Positions 21,139 through 30,527 of a DNA stretch of 64,000 nt are shown here, in pieces. The number at the start of each line of letters is the position of its first letter. The first letter of the stretch is position 1. The stretch covers positions 96,001-160,000 of the forward strand of contig CBDEUM010000039.1 in NCBI GenBank assembly GCA_965242925.1, given 5' to 3'. Below the pieces are notes generated by a model. The model worked only from the letters and a program-made list of their open reading frames with translations. It ran no database searches and was not told the origin of the DNA. The position numbers and the translations under genes were made by a program. This stretch comes from Roseibacillus sp. GTDB taxonomy: Bacteria; Verrucomicrobiota; Verrucomicrobiia; Verrucomicrobiales; Akkermansiaceae.

Positions 21139-22365
21139 CTAGTTCGAACCGATACAGAACAGGTGCTCCGCTCCCCGGAGGATCCACTGGCCCTGCGTGA
21201 TCACGGGAGAAGCGTGCATCTCCTCGCCCAGTGTATTACGGGCCACCTCCACGAATTCCTCACCGGGCCTGATCACAGTCATGACGCCGCTTTCTGAAAC
21301 AAAGCAGACATGCCCCTGTACCGTGACCGCGGAAGCACCGTGCTCGCGCCCAATCCGTTTGTTCCATGCCAGTCTCCCGGTCCTGGCCTCCAGGCAACTC
21401 GCCTTCCCGCTGTCCGAGACCACCACGAAATACTTCCCGATGCTGGCGGGACTGGGCACGTAGGAAGGATCCTTCCGGGTGCGCCACCTGACGTGTGTCC
21501 TGGTCACATTCCCCGAGCCCCGCGGATCGATTGCCAGCATATGCCGCTGCGGAAATCCGCAGGTCATGAAGAGCAGGTCTCCATTGTAGACCAGGGAAGC
21601 CACGAACTGGTCAGTGGGGCCGTCGATCACCCAGTGTCGTTTCCCGGTATCGGGATCGTAGCTGGCCACCGTCTTGTCCCCCGCGAGAACCATCTGGTTA
21701 CGCCCCTCGATGGTCCAGATCACCGGGGTGCAGTAACTGCGGGTTCGGTTGGCCCGCCTGGTCTTCCAGACTTCCTTCCCACTCTTCTTCTCCAGGGCCA
21801 CGAGATAGGACTCCCCATCGTGATCCCCATTGATGATCACCTTGTCCTTCCAGAGGATGGGACTCGAGCAGTAGCCGTGAACACTCGAGAATACACCCGG
21901 GCGTTTCTCCCACCGTCTCTTGCCCGTCAGGCTGTAGGCCACCACGCACATGTCCTGTCCATCCAGGAAACTCACGTAAACCTGCTCTCCGTCCGTCGCA
22001 GGAGTGGAAGAGGCCAGGCTGTTGCGCCGGTGAATGCGTTCCTGCGGAGAGGTCAATACCGTCTCGGACCACTTCACCTTCCCGCTCCGGCGGTCCAGGC
22101 AGAGTAGTTGTCGCCTGTCCTCCACCGCGGTTACGACAAAGACGTCGTCCCTCCACACGATGGGCGAGGCGTGCCCCTTCCCCGGCAGGGGTGTCTTCCA
22201 GACCGTGTTCTTCTCCACGCTCCATTTCAAGGGCACCACCTTGTCCGGACTGGATCCGTCACCCCGGAGACCCCGCCACGACGGCCAGACATCCTCTGCC
22301 CCCGCAGGCAGGGTTGGTCCGAAAACCACGATGACAAGGGAAAGAATGAGCAGGGCCATCTTCAT
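21139..22365 (-). CDS. Secreted PQQ-binding-like beta-propeller protein
   Basis: WPSWRG, GHASPIVW, ASSTPATDG, SYCTP, YVPSP, LFCIG. Confidence 0.85.
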   Translation of the reverse strand: MKMALLILSLVIVVFGPTLPAGAEDVWPSWRGLRGDGSSPDKVVPLKWSVEKNTVWKTPLPGKGHASPIVWRDDVFVVTAVEDRRQLLCLDRRSGKVKWSETVLTSPQERIHRRNSLASSTPATDGEQVYVSFLDGQDMCVVAYSLTGKRRWEKRPGVFSSVHGYCSSPILWKDKVIINGDHDGESYLVALEKKSGKEVWKTRRANRTRSYCTPVIWTIEGRNQMVLAGDKTVASYDPDTGKRHWVIDGPTDQFVASLVYNGDLLFMTCGFPQRHMLAIDPRGSGNVTRTHVRWRTRKDPSYVPSPASIGKYFVVVSDSGKASCLEARTGRLAWNKRIGREHGASAVTVQGHVCFVSESGVMTVIRPGEEFVEVARNTLGEEMHASPVITQGQWILRGAEHLFCIGSN

Positions 22366-22448
22366 GGACTCATCCTACACTCTTACCCACGGCAGCTATC
22401 AAGCATCCCCGCCCCGGATTGGAAAAAAACTACCCTGCTGTCATTCCT

Positions 22449-25400
22449 CTACCCCAGCAGCCTCCCAAGTTCCTTCCCGGCCTCCTCCACCCAGGCGTTT
22501 CCAGGCAGGGCATAGGGCCGGAAGGTCTCCAGGGAGCCTTCGTGCTCATTATAGAAGAGAGCGCGGTGCATGCCGAGGTTGCTTGCCGCCGGACTGTCCA
22601 CCAGGGCGGCCGAATCGTTCTGGCTCATCTGGAAAATAACCCGCATCTCGAATTCGCTCAGCGCCTTCCGGCTCAGGAAACGGTTCACATTGTTGGAGGT
22701 ATCAACCGTTGCCATCACGTGCAGCCCGTACCCCGTCCCCTCCGTCACGATTTCGTTGAGCTGCGCCCCCGGGTTGGGACCCGCATCGTCGCTGTCGAAC
22801 GAAAAATCGAAGTCATCCTCGTGCTTGAGATTCTTGAACTTCTGCAGGTTGTGGATCAGCAGGAAGACCGGCGGGTCATTGGCGGCGATCTCCTCGTCCG
22901 CCGCCCTCCGTTTCATTTCCTCGCCCAGCTCGCCCATCACACGTGGCAGATCGTTGTTTTTGACGACCTCCACCTGGTGTGGCACCGCTTCCACCACTCT
23001 CTGCAGGAACGCGGACTCGGACGACCCGGGGGTGGTTCCGTCACATACAATGAACCGGATCCCACCCTTCGCAGACTGGGCGGAAAGGGAGACCAGCGAA
23101 ACGGCCAGCATGGCCAGGGCCGCCTCCTCCCGCTGGCCGATCACGATCAGGTTGTTCCCACTCTGGCGATGGAAGGTTGCCTCCGTTGGACCCTTGATGG
23201 AGTTGGGAGAACCCAGCCAGGACCGCTTGGAGAAAGAAGATTCGACCGCCTCGGCGTGCAGGAGTCCGTGGAGTAACCCGTTCTCGCCAACATCAGCCGG
23301 AGAGTTCCCCTCGAAGACAATGGGAGTGGAACAGTCATACGAGTTCTCCTCCGCGATCTTGAGGACATGCTGAAGAGACTGATCCCGCTCTTCATCCGGC
23401 AGCCAGACCACCTGGAACGGGCTGTTGGCTTCCAGGGCACCGGCGCTGTCGTTGTAGATCCCCTCCCCCGGGCGTGTCAGCATGCGTGGGGCAGGGTTGG
23501 AGTCATCCATGATGAGATAGGCATCCGACTCATTGCACTGAAGCGCCACCCGGATGACCATCTGACCCATCGTGGTACGGGCCATGCTGTAGGCGCCGCC
23601 CAGTGTCTGTGACCCAAGCAGCACATGAATGCCGAAGGCACGGCCCTGGCGCACAATGCGATCCAGAAGGACCGAGGCATCCTGTGCGATGCGATCGTCT
23701 TCCACGAAGAGTTCCTGGAACTCGTCGATAATCAGGAGGGATCGCGGCACCGACTCGCTCCCGCCCGCCCTCTTATAGCCAGCCACGTCCTGCACCCCCA
23801 GCTTGCGGAACATGTCCCCCCGCCGCTTCAATTCCTCGTCCACCCTCTTGAGCACGCTCAGGCCGAACTCCCGGTCACTCTCGATCGCCACCACCCGCGC
23901 GTGCGGCAGACGCGCCGCCGCGTAGCATTTGAATTCCACCCCCTTCTTGAAATCCACCAGGTAGAACTCCACCTGGTCGGGGTTGCACCAGAGCGAGAGA
24001 TTCGAAATGATCACATGAAAGAGCGTCGACTTACCCGATCCCGTTTTCCCCGCAAATAGAGCGTGCTGCCGGGTTCCCTTCCCGATCGCAAGATACTGCA
24101 GCTTGGTCGCTCCAGTTCTCCCGATGGGCACTCTCAACTCATTGGTGGTGTCGCTGCTCCAGAATTCACCCTCCTTCGGAATGACGTGCTGGAAAGGCAC
24201 TTCCACCCGGTTCGCATCGACGCTGCTGGCGCCGATCTTGTGAATGAACTCGATCGCAATCTCGGGATCGGGTGCGGGGTCGAACTCCAGCGGCGTCCCG
24301 TTCTGATCGTTCGTGCCCACCAGGAAGCGATCGCCCTCGCAGCGGATGCGGATGCTGTTCTCGCGGAGAACCTCCGGCATCATCTCAGCCGGACCGCCGG
24401 TCTGCTGGTGATCCCAGTGCATCAGGGTGTAAATCCCGCAACGGGGTCCGCTCATCGCGATGCTCTGCAGGCGCTTGGCCGCCGTCTCGCTGAAGCCCGA
24501 GGGAAAGTCCGCAATGACGAGGAAGTGATACTTCTCCGCAATATTGCCCGCCTGCTCGTTGTAGTCCGTAATGGTATCGTACTCATTGCGGAGATACATC
24601 TGGATCACTTTCTCGATATGCTCGTTGAGCTCACCCAGCTTCTCCTCGATCTGCCCCCGCTGCGTCCAGATCCTCCCGTTGATCACACTGTCCTCGTAGT
24701 CAGCCAGATGCATGATCCCCGCGAAGTTTTCCCCCAGCCCAACCGGATCGATAATGGTGAAGTTCAGCTTGCCCGGCGGGGTGGTGGCCAGCAGGCGCAG
24801 GATGATGTTGTTGAGCGCCTCAAGCGCCGTTTCACGTCCAAACCCGTCAGTCTCGAAAAGCAGCGATCCGTCGTGGGGCAGTTGCAGGGCCATGGGAACC
24901 TCGATCGCTCTCGCATCCGGAAGGCTCAGGTTGAGCTCCTCTGCCAGCGTATCCCCGGCCACGGAAACCCGGCCGAAGCGCGCCACATCGTGCAATTCGG
25001 CGGAGGGCTGCCACCGCTCAAGATAACTCTGCTCCCACGGCGGGGTGAGGGGCGCCAGCGACTCCGCTATCACTCCCGCCTCCTGGTAGATCGACTGCAC
25101 CCGCGCGGTCCACTCCGCCTCCATTTCATTTCGAGCCTCCTCGTAGGTCTCTTCTGCTTCCCCCACCTCCTCATCGTGTTCCGCCTGCAGGCTGGCGATA
25201 CGGTCAGCGGCTCCCTGCTGCAATTCCTCCAGACGCCCTTCGTGGAGGGAATTTAACGGACCCACGATGCGATCGCGCATCTCATCATTCCTGGCCCGGG
25301 CGCGCTGGTATTTTTCTTCGATCCTGCCTCCGCCCTCTTCCCGCAGTTTGCTTGCAGCCTCATCGGCCTGCACCCAACGGTTCTCCCCCGCTGCTTCCTC

Positions 25401-26333
25401 GGCAGCCAGTTGCTCCTCCTCCTCCTGGAAGCGCTGGGAAATCCGCTCCGAACAGACAGCCCAGGCCCGCCTTGTCCTCTCAATCTGCTCCGCCACCGCC
25501 CCAGCCGCCGGCTCTGCTCCTCCGCCGGTGGCCAATTGCAGCAGGAAAATGAGAAGGACGGTACCCCCGGCCACCCAACCCGCAAGCGACCAGACCGCTT
25601 CTCCTCCCTCCCAGAAGTTGGAGAGGTAAACAGCGGCACCCCATCCCAGAACCAATAAAAGCCACCAGGGGAAAACGCTCAGCAATCGCGCCAGGCCGTT
25701 TTTCCTGAAGACGGCCAGCTTCTCTTCTCCCTCCGCAATCCCCTTCCGCACACGTTCCAGGAAGTCCGGTGTCTGTCCGGAGGTGTCCAACTCACCCAGC
25801 TCGAGGGATTCTCCATAGGCCGGGTTGAGCTTCTTCTGGAAACGCGGATAGCCGCGCATCGCACCACTGCTCTTCCGCTGTAACTTGTGAAGGTTCTGTT
25901 TTTCCTGCTCCAGCTCGGCATGCAACCCCTGGTACATCCCGGTCAGCTTTTCCAGAGACTGTTGCCGCGTGACCTTGTCGGTCACGGACCGGACCTGCAG
26001 CTCGGAGGCCGTCTTGCCCTTCAGTTCTTCCGCCCGCCGGGACAACAGACGCTTGCTGGCTGGAAGCGCGAGCTCAATCCACTCCACCCTCGCTGCATGA
26101 CGGGTTTCGGCGTGTTCCTTCTCGTCAGCCGAACGAGCCTCCGCCGTCGTGATGGCTGTCTCCAGCAGTTCCTTTTCCTTCTCCCCTCCCTGCTCAAAGG
26201 CCCGCTTGGCGGCAAAGCTCCTGGTCCGCCGCAGCTTGGCAGCCGCCTCCTCGCGCTCCGAAAACTCCCCGATCGCCCCCGCCAGTCCATTGGCGAGTTC
26301 CAATCCTCTACTGACTCCAAGTCTAGTCCTCAC
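22449..26333 (-). CDS. Membrane-anchored FtsK/SpoIIIE-family ATPase, EccC/EssC-like (1294 aa)
   Basis: N-terminal coiled coil, two TM helices, second coiled coil, then HALFAGKTGSGKST (Walker A), VDFKKGVEF, LLIIDEFQ (Walker B) and RQGRAFGIHVLLGSQ, flanked by two degenerate ATPase-like repeats. GTG start overlaps the upstream stop. Confidence 0.9.
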   Translation of the reverse strand: MRTRLGVSRGLELANGLAGAIGEFSEREEAAAKLRRTRSFAAKRAFEQGGEKEKELLETAITTAEARSADEKEHAETRHAARVEWIELALPASKRLLSRRAEELKGKTASELQVRSVTDKVTRQQSLEKLTGMYQGLHAELEQEKQNLHKLQRKSSGAMRGYPRFQKKLNPAYGESLELGELDTSGQTPDFLERVRKGIAEGEEKLAVFRKNGLARLLSVFPWWLLLVLGWGAAVYLSNFWEGGEAVWSLAGWVAGGTVLLIFLLQLATGGGAEPAAGAVAEQIERTRRAWAVCSERISQRFQEEEEQLAAEEAAGENRWVQADEAASKLREEGGGRIEEKYQRARARNDEMRDRIVGPLNSLHEGRLEELQQGAADRIASLQAEHDEEVGEAEETYEEARNEMEAEWTARVQSIYQEAGVIAESLAPLTPPWEQSYLERWQPSAELHDVARFGRVSVAGDTLAEELNLSLPDARAIEVPMALQLPHDGSLLFETDGFGRETALEALNNIILRLLATTPPGKLNFTIIDPVGLGENFAGIMHLADYEDSVINGRIWTQRGQIEEKLGELNEHIEKVIQMYLRNEYDTITDYNEQAGNIAEKYHFLVIADFPSGFSETAAKRLQSIAMSGPRCGIYTLMHWDHQQTGGPAEMMPEVLRENSIRIRCEGDRFLVGTNDQNGTPLEFDPAPDPEIAIEFIHKIGASSVDANRVEVPFQHVIPKEGEFWSSDTTNELRVPIGRTGATKLQYLAIGKGTRQHALFAGKTGSGKSTLFHVIISNLSLWCNPDQVEFYLVDFKKGVEFKCYAAARLPHARVVAIESDREFGLSVLKRVDEELKRRGDMFRKLGVQDVAGYKRAGGSESVPRSLLIIDEFQELFVEDDRIAQDASVLLDRIVRQGRAFGIHVLLGSQTLGGAYSMARTTMGQMVIRVALQCNESDAYLIMDDSNPAPRMLTRPGEGIYNDSAGALEANSPFQVVWLPDEERDQSLQHVLKIAEENSYDCSTPIVFEGNSPADVGENGLLHGLLHAEAVESSFSKRSWLGSPNSIKGPTEATFHRQSGNNLIVIGQREEAALAMLAVSLVSLSAQSAKGGIRFIVCDGTTPGSSESAFLQRVVEAVPHQVEVVKNNDLPRVMGELGEEMKRRAADEEIAANDPPVFLLIHNLQKFKNLKHEDDFDFSFDSDDAGPNPGAQLNEIVTEGTGYGLHVMATVDTSNNVNRFLSRKALSEFEMRVIFQMSQNDSAALVDSPAASNLGMHRALFYNEHEGSLETFRPYALPGNAWVEEAGKELGRLLG

Positions 26334-26538
26334 AATCGCGCCGGGCTCTGGTTACAATCTTGTCGATCTCCTCGATCACCCGGATGGCTGCCGAGATATC
26401 GTCGGGAAGCGTTTCAATAAAGTCCTTTTCGAACTCTCTCTGCCTGCTGTCACGCCAATGGGCCTTCACCTGGTCCCAGCTCTGCAGGATGGCCTTGGTG
26501 GACTTGGTCAGTTTCACCGCACTCGCTCTCGCGCTCAT
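26323..26538 (-). CDS. Small WXG100-like helical protein (71 aa)
   Basis: W28-R-D-x5-F-x3-F has the same spacing as the 90-aa WXG100 protein; overlaps both neighbours. Confidence 0.7.
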   Translation of the reverse strand: MSARASAVKLTKSTKAILQSWDQVKAHWRDSRQREFEKDFIETLPDDISAAIRVIEEIDKIVTRARRDCED

Positions 26539-27104
26539 GCCGCCCCCCCTTCCTCTGCAGCGGACCCCTTCTCCGCCCTCTCCTCTTCCTTCTCTGCCCC
26601 CGCGTCCGGTCCATCGCTCCCTCCGCCCTCCGACGCGATGCGGGTGTAATCGTCGAGGGTCCGCTCCGCCTGCGCAAGGGAGGAGACCGCCTTGGGCAGA
26701 TCATGGGACGCAAAGTGCTGCATGCCATCCAGCTTCTTGATCAGAGGCTCGACCAGACTATCGTAATTGCGAATCCACTTCTGCAGCGCCTTGGCCCGCT
26801 CCTCGGTCTCCCTGACCATCCGCCGGAGCCGCGTAACCGCCATCTGCCGTGCCGCACTGTGGCTTGTCATGGCGCTGAGACGCGAGGTGAACAACTCGGC
26901 CTCCGCCTGCTCCAGTTGCTTGCGCAGACGTTTGAGCTGCCCACCCCAGTAGGCCCGTTGATCCACCTGCAGCCACGTCCGCATGCGGCGCACTTCGTCA
27001 CGCACCTCGTCCAGGGCATTCCCCACCGAGCCCATGTAGATGATAAGGCTCGAGCGGAATGAAGTGAGTGCGTCAACTGATGTGACCTTGGCCTGCCGGT
27101 CCAT
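26535..27104 (-). CDS. Extended WXG100/LXG-like coiled-coil protein (189 aa)
   Basis: Helical throughout, W44 and W53-G-G, acidic low-complexity tail; stop overlaps the next ATG (ATGA). Confidence 0.7.
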   Translation of the reverse strand: MDRQAKVTSVDALTSFRSSLIIYMGSVGNALDEVRDEVRRMRTWLQVDQRAYWGGQLKRLRKQLEQAEAELFTSRLSAMTSHSAARQMAVTRLRRMVRETEERAKALQKWIRNYDSLVEPLIKKLDGMQHFASHDLPKAVSSLAQAERTLDDYTRIASEGGGSDGPDAGAEKEEERAEKGSAAEEGGAA

Positions 27105-27129
27105 GCAAAAACGGGGGGTGACAATCTGC

Positions 27130-27402
27130 CTAGCGCTGGTCGAGGTATTCCTCGATCCGCTGCGCCTTGCGCAACAGGAAGGGTGTATGTTTCTCGGAGA
27201 TCTCGATAAACTTCTTCAGTGCCTTCATCGTTCCGACAAACTCTTCCGCGAATTTCTGGTTCTCCTGGTCCTTCCAGGTATCCCCCAGGGCAGTGAACCG
27301 GGACTGCAGGGACGATGCCTTCACCTGGAGTTCGTCATTGAATCGTTTCAGTTCCTTGGCGAACCGCCGGACTTCATCCGGATCCATTATTGCCTGGGAC
27401 AT
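27130..27402 (-). CDS. WXG100/ESAT-6 family protein (90 aa)
   Basis: MSQAIMDPDEVRRFAKEL...LGDTWKDQENQKFAEEF...KAQRIEEYL: about 90 aa helix-turn-helix with central W43. Start trimmed from 27564. Confidence 0.88.
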   Translation of the reverse strand: MSQAIMDPDEVRRFAKELKRFNDELQVKASSLQSRFTALGDTWKDQENQKFAEEFVGTMKALKKFIEISEKHTPFLLRKAQRIEEYLDQR

Positions 27403-27514
27403 AGCTGTGATCGAGTGCGGGAGGTGTTTGAAGTCTGGGATCACCGCCTGCGACCGGCAAGGACAGATCTCTACGTATATCAGTGAAACCCTGCTCCAGA
27501 GAGAAAGTTTCCTT

Positions 27515-27539
27515 AAAGATGCCCCTCCCCGGCAGGGCA
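27515..27539 (-). terminator. Possible weak intrinsic terminator between the heme protein gene and the WXG100 operon
   Basis: Minus strand TGCCCT-gccgggg-AGGGGCA followed by TCTTT, just after the stop at 27545. Confidence 0.3.
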
Positions 27540-27544
27540 CAGAG

Positions 27545-30307
27545 TCACTGCCCGTCAGCTGCAAGGTAGGCCAGCAGGTTGGCCATCTCCTGCAGACTCA
27601 GTCCACTCTCAAGCCCGGTCGGCATGAGGGAACGATTCAGATTCACCAGTCTCGCGATCTCCTTCCGCGCGACCTTGCGTGAGGTGCCGTCAGCGAACCA
27701 GAGGGTCAACTCCCTGGCATCCTCCTCCGAGATCACACCCGCCAGCATTGCGCCATCCTGCAGGTGGACTTCCCACAGGGAATACTGCGGAGCAACTTCG
27801 CGGTCCGGGGCAAGCAGGTTTTCCAGCAGCATGGGGGCACCCTTGTTGCGAAGAGTCGCAAGATCCGGTCCCGCTCCATTCTGTCCGCTCTTGTGACAAA
27901 GGGCACAACGCTGCCCGAAGAGAACCTTCCCCTCCCTGCCGTCACCCTCCAGCCTGAGAGCCGGACGGTAATGCGCCGTGGCCTCATCCCGTGTCAGGAC
28001 TCTCTCCTCCCCGAAAATCGCTACCGCCCGCCCGCTCAATTTCTGATCGAGGTGGGAACGCAGACCCTGCTGTTGCTGGAACCCGACCTCGCTCGCTGCC
28101 ACCCGCTTCTCTTCGATGGCGGAGAGAACTGTCGCTGCCGACATCCTGGTCAGCAGACTCCCCCTCGCCCGCACCGGAATCTTTTCCCACTGGTCCAGGG
28201 CCTCCCCCTCCCACTCACTGGCTGGTCGGCGCAACAGCGCCGGGAAAGCGGAATTCTCCCCTTCACCCTCCACCACCCACGCCAACAGATTCCCCGCCCC
28301 GGTCTCAGGATGATTTGCCAGCACCCACCGGGCAGCGTCCCGTTGTTCCCCCGGCGGTTCTCCCTTGCCCATTTTCTCCCGCGCCTGGACAACCAACGCC
28401 CGGGCCATGGGATGATCACTGGCAACCCCGGCATCCCGCAGGAGCTTCACTGCCCGGGAAAAGTCATCCTGCCTGCCAACCAGTTCCGCCAGGACTCCAT
28501 GAATCCTGGCGGCAGCCAGAGTCACCCCTCTCATCCAGGGATCTTCCCGGGCCGCCTCCAGAAATCGCCCGAGCACTCCCACGGTCACCTCTTCCCCGGG
28601 ATCGAGCGTTCGCAGGACCGCTTCGAAGCGCACACCGTGATCAGCATCCCGCGACCAGGCCTCCAGGCGATCGGCGTCCACCTCCATCCACATCCGCACC
28701 AGCTGCTGGCGCACTTCGGGACTGGATTCACCCTCCCACAACTGAAGGGCCTCCTCTTCCGTCAGTGGCCGGAGCCGTGCCAGGAGCCGGAGCGCCTGCG
28801 TCCGCGCCCGCGGGTCCCGCATCCGGTCCCGTGCCAGCCCGGCCACCAAGTCCGCCGCGCCTTGTTCTTTCCGTTCCAGCAGGAGACGCATGGCCGTGTC
28901 GCGCTCCCAGCCGTTGCCGCTTTCCAGCAACTTCACCAGGCCGGCTACCGTCAACCGGGACCGCTCCGCAGGGGCCGTGGTCCTGAAGTCTTCCGGAACC
29001 ACCCGCCAGATCCGTCCCCGGTCCGTCCCGCTGTAGAGATCGAGGTGTTTCTTGATGGACTCCGGAATCGACCAGGGATGCTCGATGGTCTCACGGTACA
29101 TATCCACCACGTAGAGTGCCCCATCCGGACCATTGGCACACTGCACCGGGCGGAACCAGTTGTCACTGGAAGCCAGGAATTCCGACCTTTTCAGCAGATC
29201 CGGTCTCCGTGCCACCGGCTGCACCCGGTCCTTCGGAAACTCAATCAACTTCTGGTGCACCAGGTTGCTTCCCACGTCCCCTACGAAAACAGTCCCCTGC
29301 TGGTCCCTGTCGAAGGCATCTCCACGATAAACCGTCAATCCGCTCGCGGAGGTAAAGTATCCAGCCGCCCGACCTCCTCCCTCCACCGGCCCCATCACCC
29401 TGCCCTGCACCCGCCACCGGGTCCGCACCACCCGCCACGGTTCCACTCCGCTGATGCGGAAGACCTCCGCCGCCCCCCCGTCGACCGGAATCTCCACCAG
29501 GGGATGAGGCAACCCACCCATCCGATTCCAGGGCCACGAGTAGATCACCGCCATGAGATGCCGGCTGTTGCTGCAGACATAGCGTCGCCCGAAGTCATCG
29601 AAGGTCAGTCCGAACTGCGCCGTTCCCGACTCCGGGCGCAGGATGAGCGACTCCGGGTCGAAGGAAAAATCCGATCCGCGGAGATCCAGTCCCCCGCTCT
29701 TTTCCGACTCCATTCTTACAGTCCCCGCGTTCGAGGAGGTGGAGCCGTAAATCCGCCCGTCCGGTCCCCATTGCAGGTTGTTGACCAGGGCCTGCATGTT
29801 GAGGGGATCCTGGCCAGCGCCGAATCCGGTGAAGACGGTCCTGCGTTCCTCGGCCACTCCGTCCCCGTCATGGTCGCCAAGATAAAGAATGTCTGGCGAG
29901 GCCGTGACGAAGACGCCCCCCTTCCAGCAGACCACCCCGGTGGGCCACTTCAGATTGTCTGCAAATACAGTGGCATGTTCGTAGCGGCCATCCCGGTCAC
30001 GGTCCTCAAGAAGCCGGATCCGACCCAGTGCCTGCTCCCGGCGTTCGGGGTAACCCCGCATCTCAGTAACGAAGAGCCGCCCATCTTCATCGAAGGCGAT
30101 CGCCACCGGATCGACCACCTGCGGTTCGCAGGCAGCAACTTCAATCCGGAAGCCCGATGCGAGTTGGAATGAAGCAGCCGCAGCCGCTGGATCCAGAGGG
30201 GCAATACGCGGTAATTCGGCGGGGTCGGGCTCGGGTTCACCCGCGTCCACAACCCTGCCCGCAAGAAGCACAACCAGAACGAGAGAGGACCAGAATTTCG
30301 TGAGCAT
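27545..30307 (-). CDS. PVC-type membrane-bound dehydrogenase-like beta-propeller + HEAT repeats + c-type heme domain protein
   Basis: EPQVVDPVAIAFDEDGRLFV, WGPDGRIY, WFRPV..GPDGALYVVDMYR, GRIWRV; C-terminal CALCH, GPDL and SLMPTGLE. Confidence 0.88.
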   Translation of the reverse strand: MLTKFWSSLVLVVLLAGRVVDAGEPEPDPAELPRIAPLDPAAAAASFQLASGFRIEVAACEPQVVDPVAIAFDEDGRLFVTEMRGYPERREQALGRIRLLEDRDRDGRYEHATVFADNLKWPTGVVCWKGGVFVTASPDILYLGDHDGDGVAEERRTVFTGFGAGQDPLNMQALVNNLQWGPDGRIYGSTSSNAGTVRMESEKSGGLDLRGSDFSFDPESLILRPESGTAQFGLTFDDFGRRYVCSNSRHLMAVIYSWPWNRMGGLPHPLVEIPVDGGAAEVFRISGVEPWRVVRTRWRVQGRVMGPVEGGGRAAGYFTSASGLTVYRGDAFDRDQQGTVFVGDVGSNLVHQKLIEFPKDRVQPVARRPDLLKRSEFLASSDNWFRPVQCANGPDGALYVVDMYRETIEHPWSIPESIKKHLDLYSGTDRGRIWRVVPEDFRTTAPAERSRLTVAGLVKLLESGNGWERDTAMRLLLERKEQGAADLVAGLARDRMRDPRARTQALRLLARLRPLTEEEALQLWEGESSPEVRQQLVRMWMEVDADRLEAWSRDADHGVRFEAVLRTLDPGEEVTVGVLGRFLEAAREDPWMRGVTLAAARIHGVLAELVGRQDDFSRAVKLLRDAGVASDHPMARALVVQAREKMGKGEPPGEQRDAARWVLANHPETGAGNLLAWVVEGEGENSAFPALLRRPASEWEGEALDQWEKIPVRARGSLLTRMSAATVLSAIEEKRVAASEVGFQQQQGLRSHLDQKLSGRAVAIFGEERVLTRDEATAHYRPALRLEGDGREGKVLFGQRCALCHKSGQNGAGPDLATLRNKGAPMLLENLLAPDREVAPQYSLWEVHLQDGAMLAGVISEEDARELTLWFADGTSRKVARKEIARLVNLNRSLMPTGLESGLSLQEMANLLAYLAADGQ

Positions 30308-30527
30308 TGGGAGTCTCCTTCCCGGACGGGGCAACAGGAGCACGAATTACAGCCCTTGACTACCATTATCACGCTTCCCTGCCACCCAGGACACCTCCTT
30401 CGGAAAGGATTCCAGACCCCGCACCGGCATGACTGTCTATCATCCGTCCCGAACATCCTGAAGCAAGTCCCCCTCTTCTCTGGGCCTTTGACTTTCCCGC
30501 CTGCGATCTCTAGAGCTACCACTGCCC

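Noticed and set aside
22449..26333. Interpretation as cell-division FtsK or a conjugative/ICE coupling protein
   Set aside because: No recognisable FtsK gamma domain, relaxase, integrase or T4SS genes; tandem ATPase repeats and WXG100 neighbours fit the EccC/EssC type better.
27764..30172. 802-aa plus-strand ORF
   Set aside because: Antisense to the well-supported CxxCH heme protein; Pro/Arg/His-rich with no recognisable domain.
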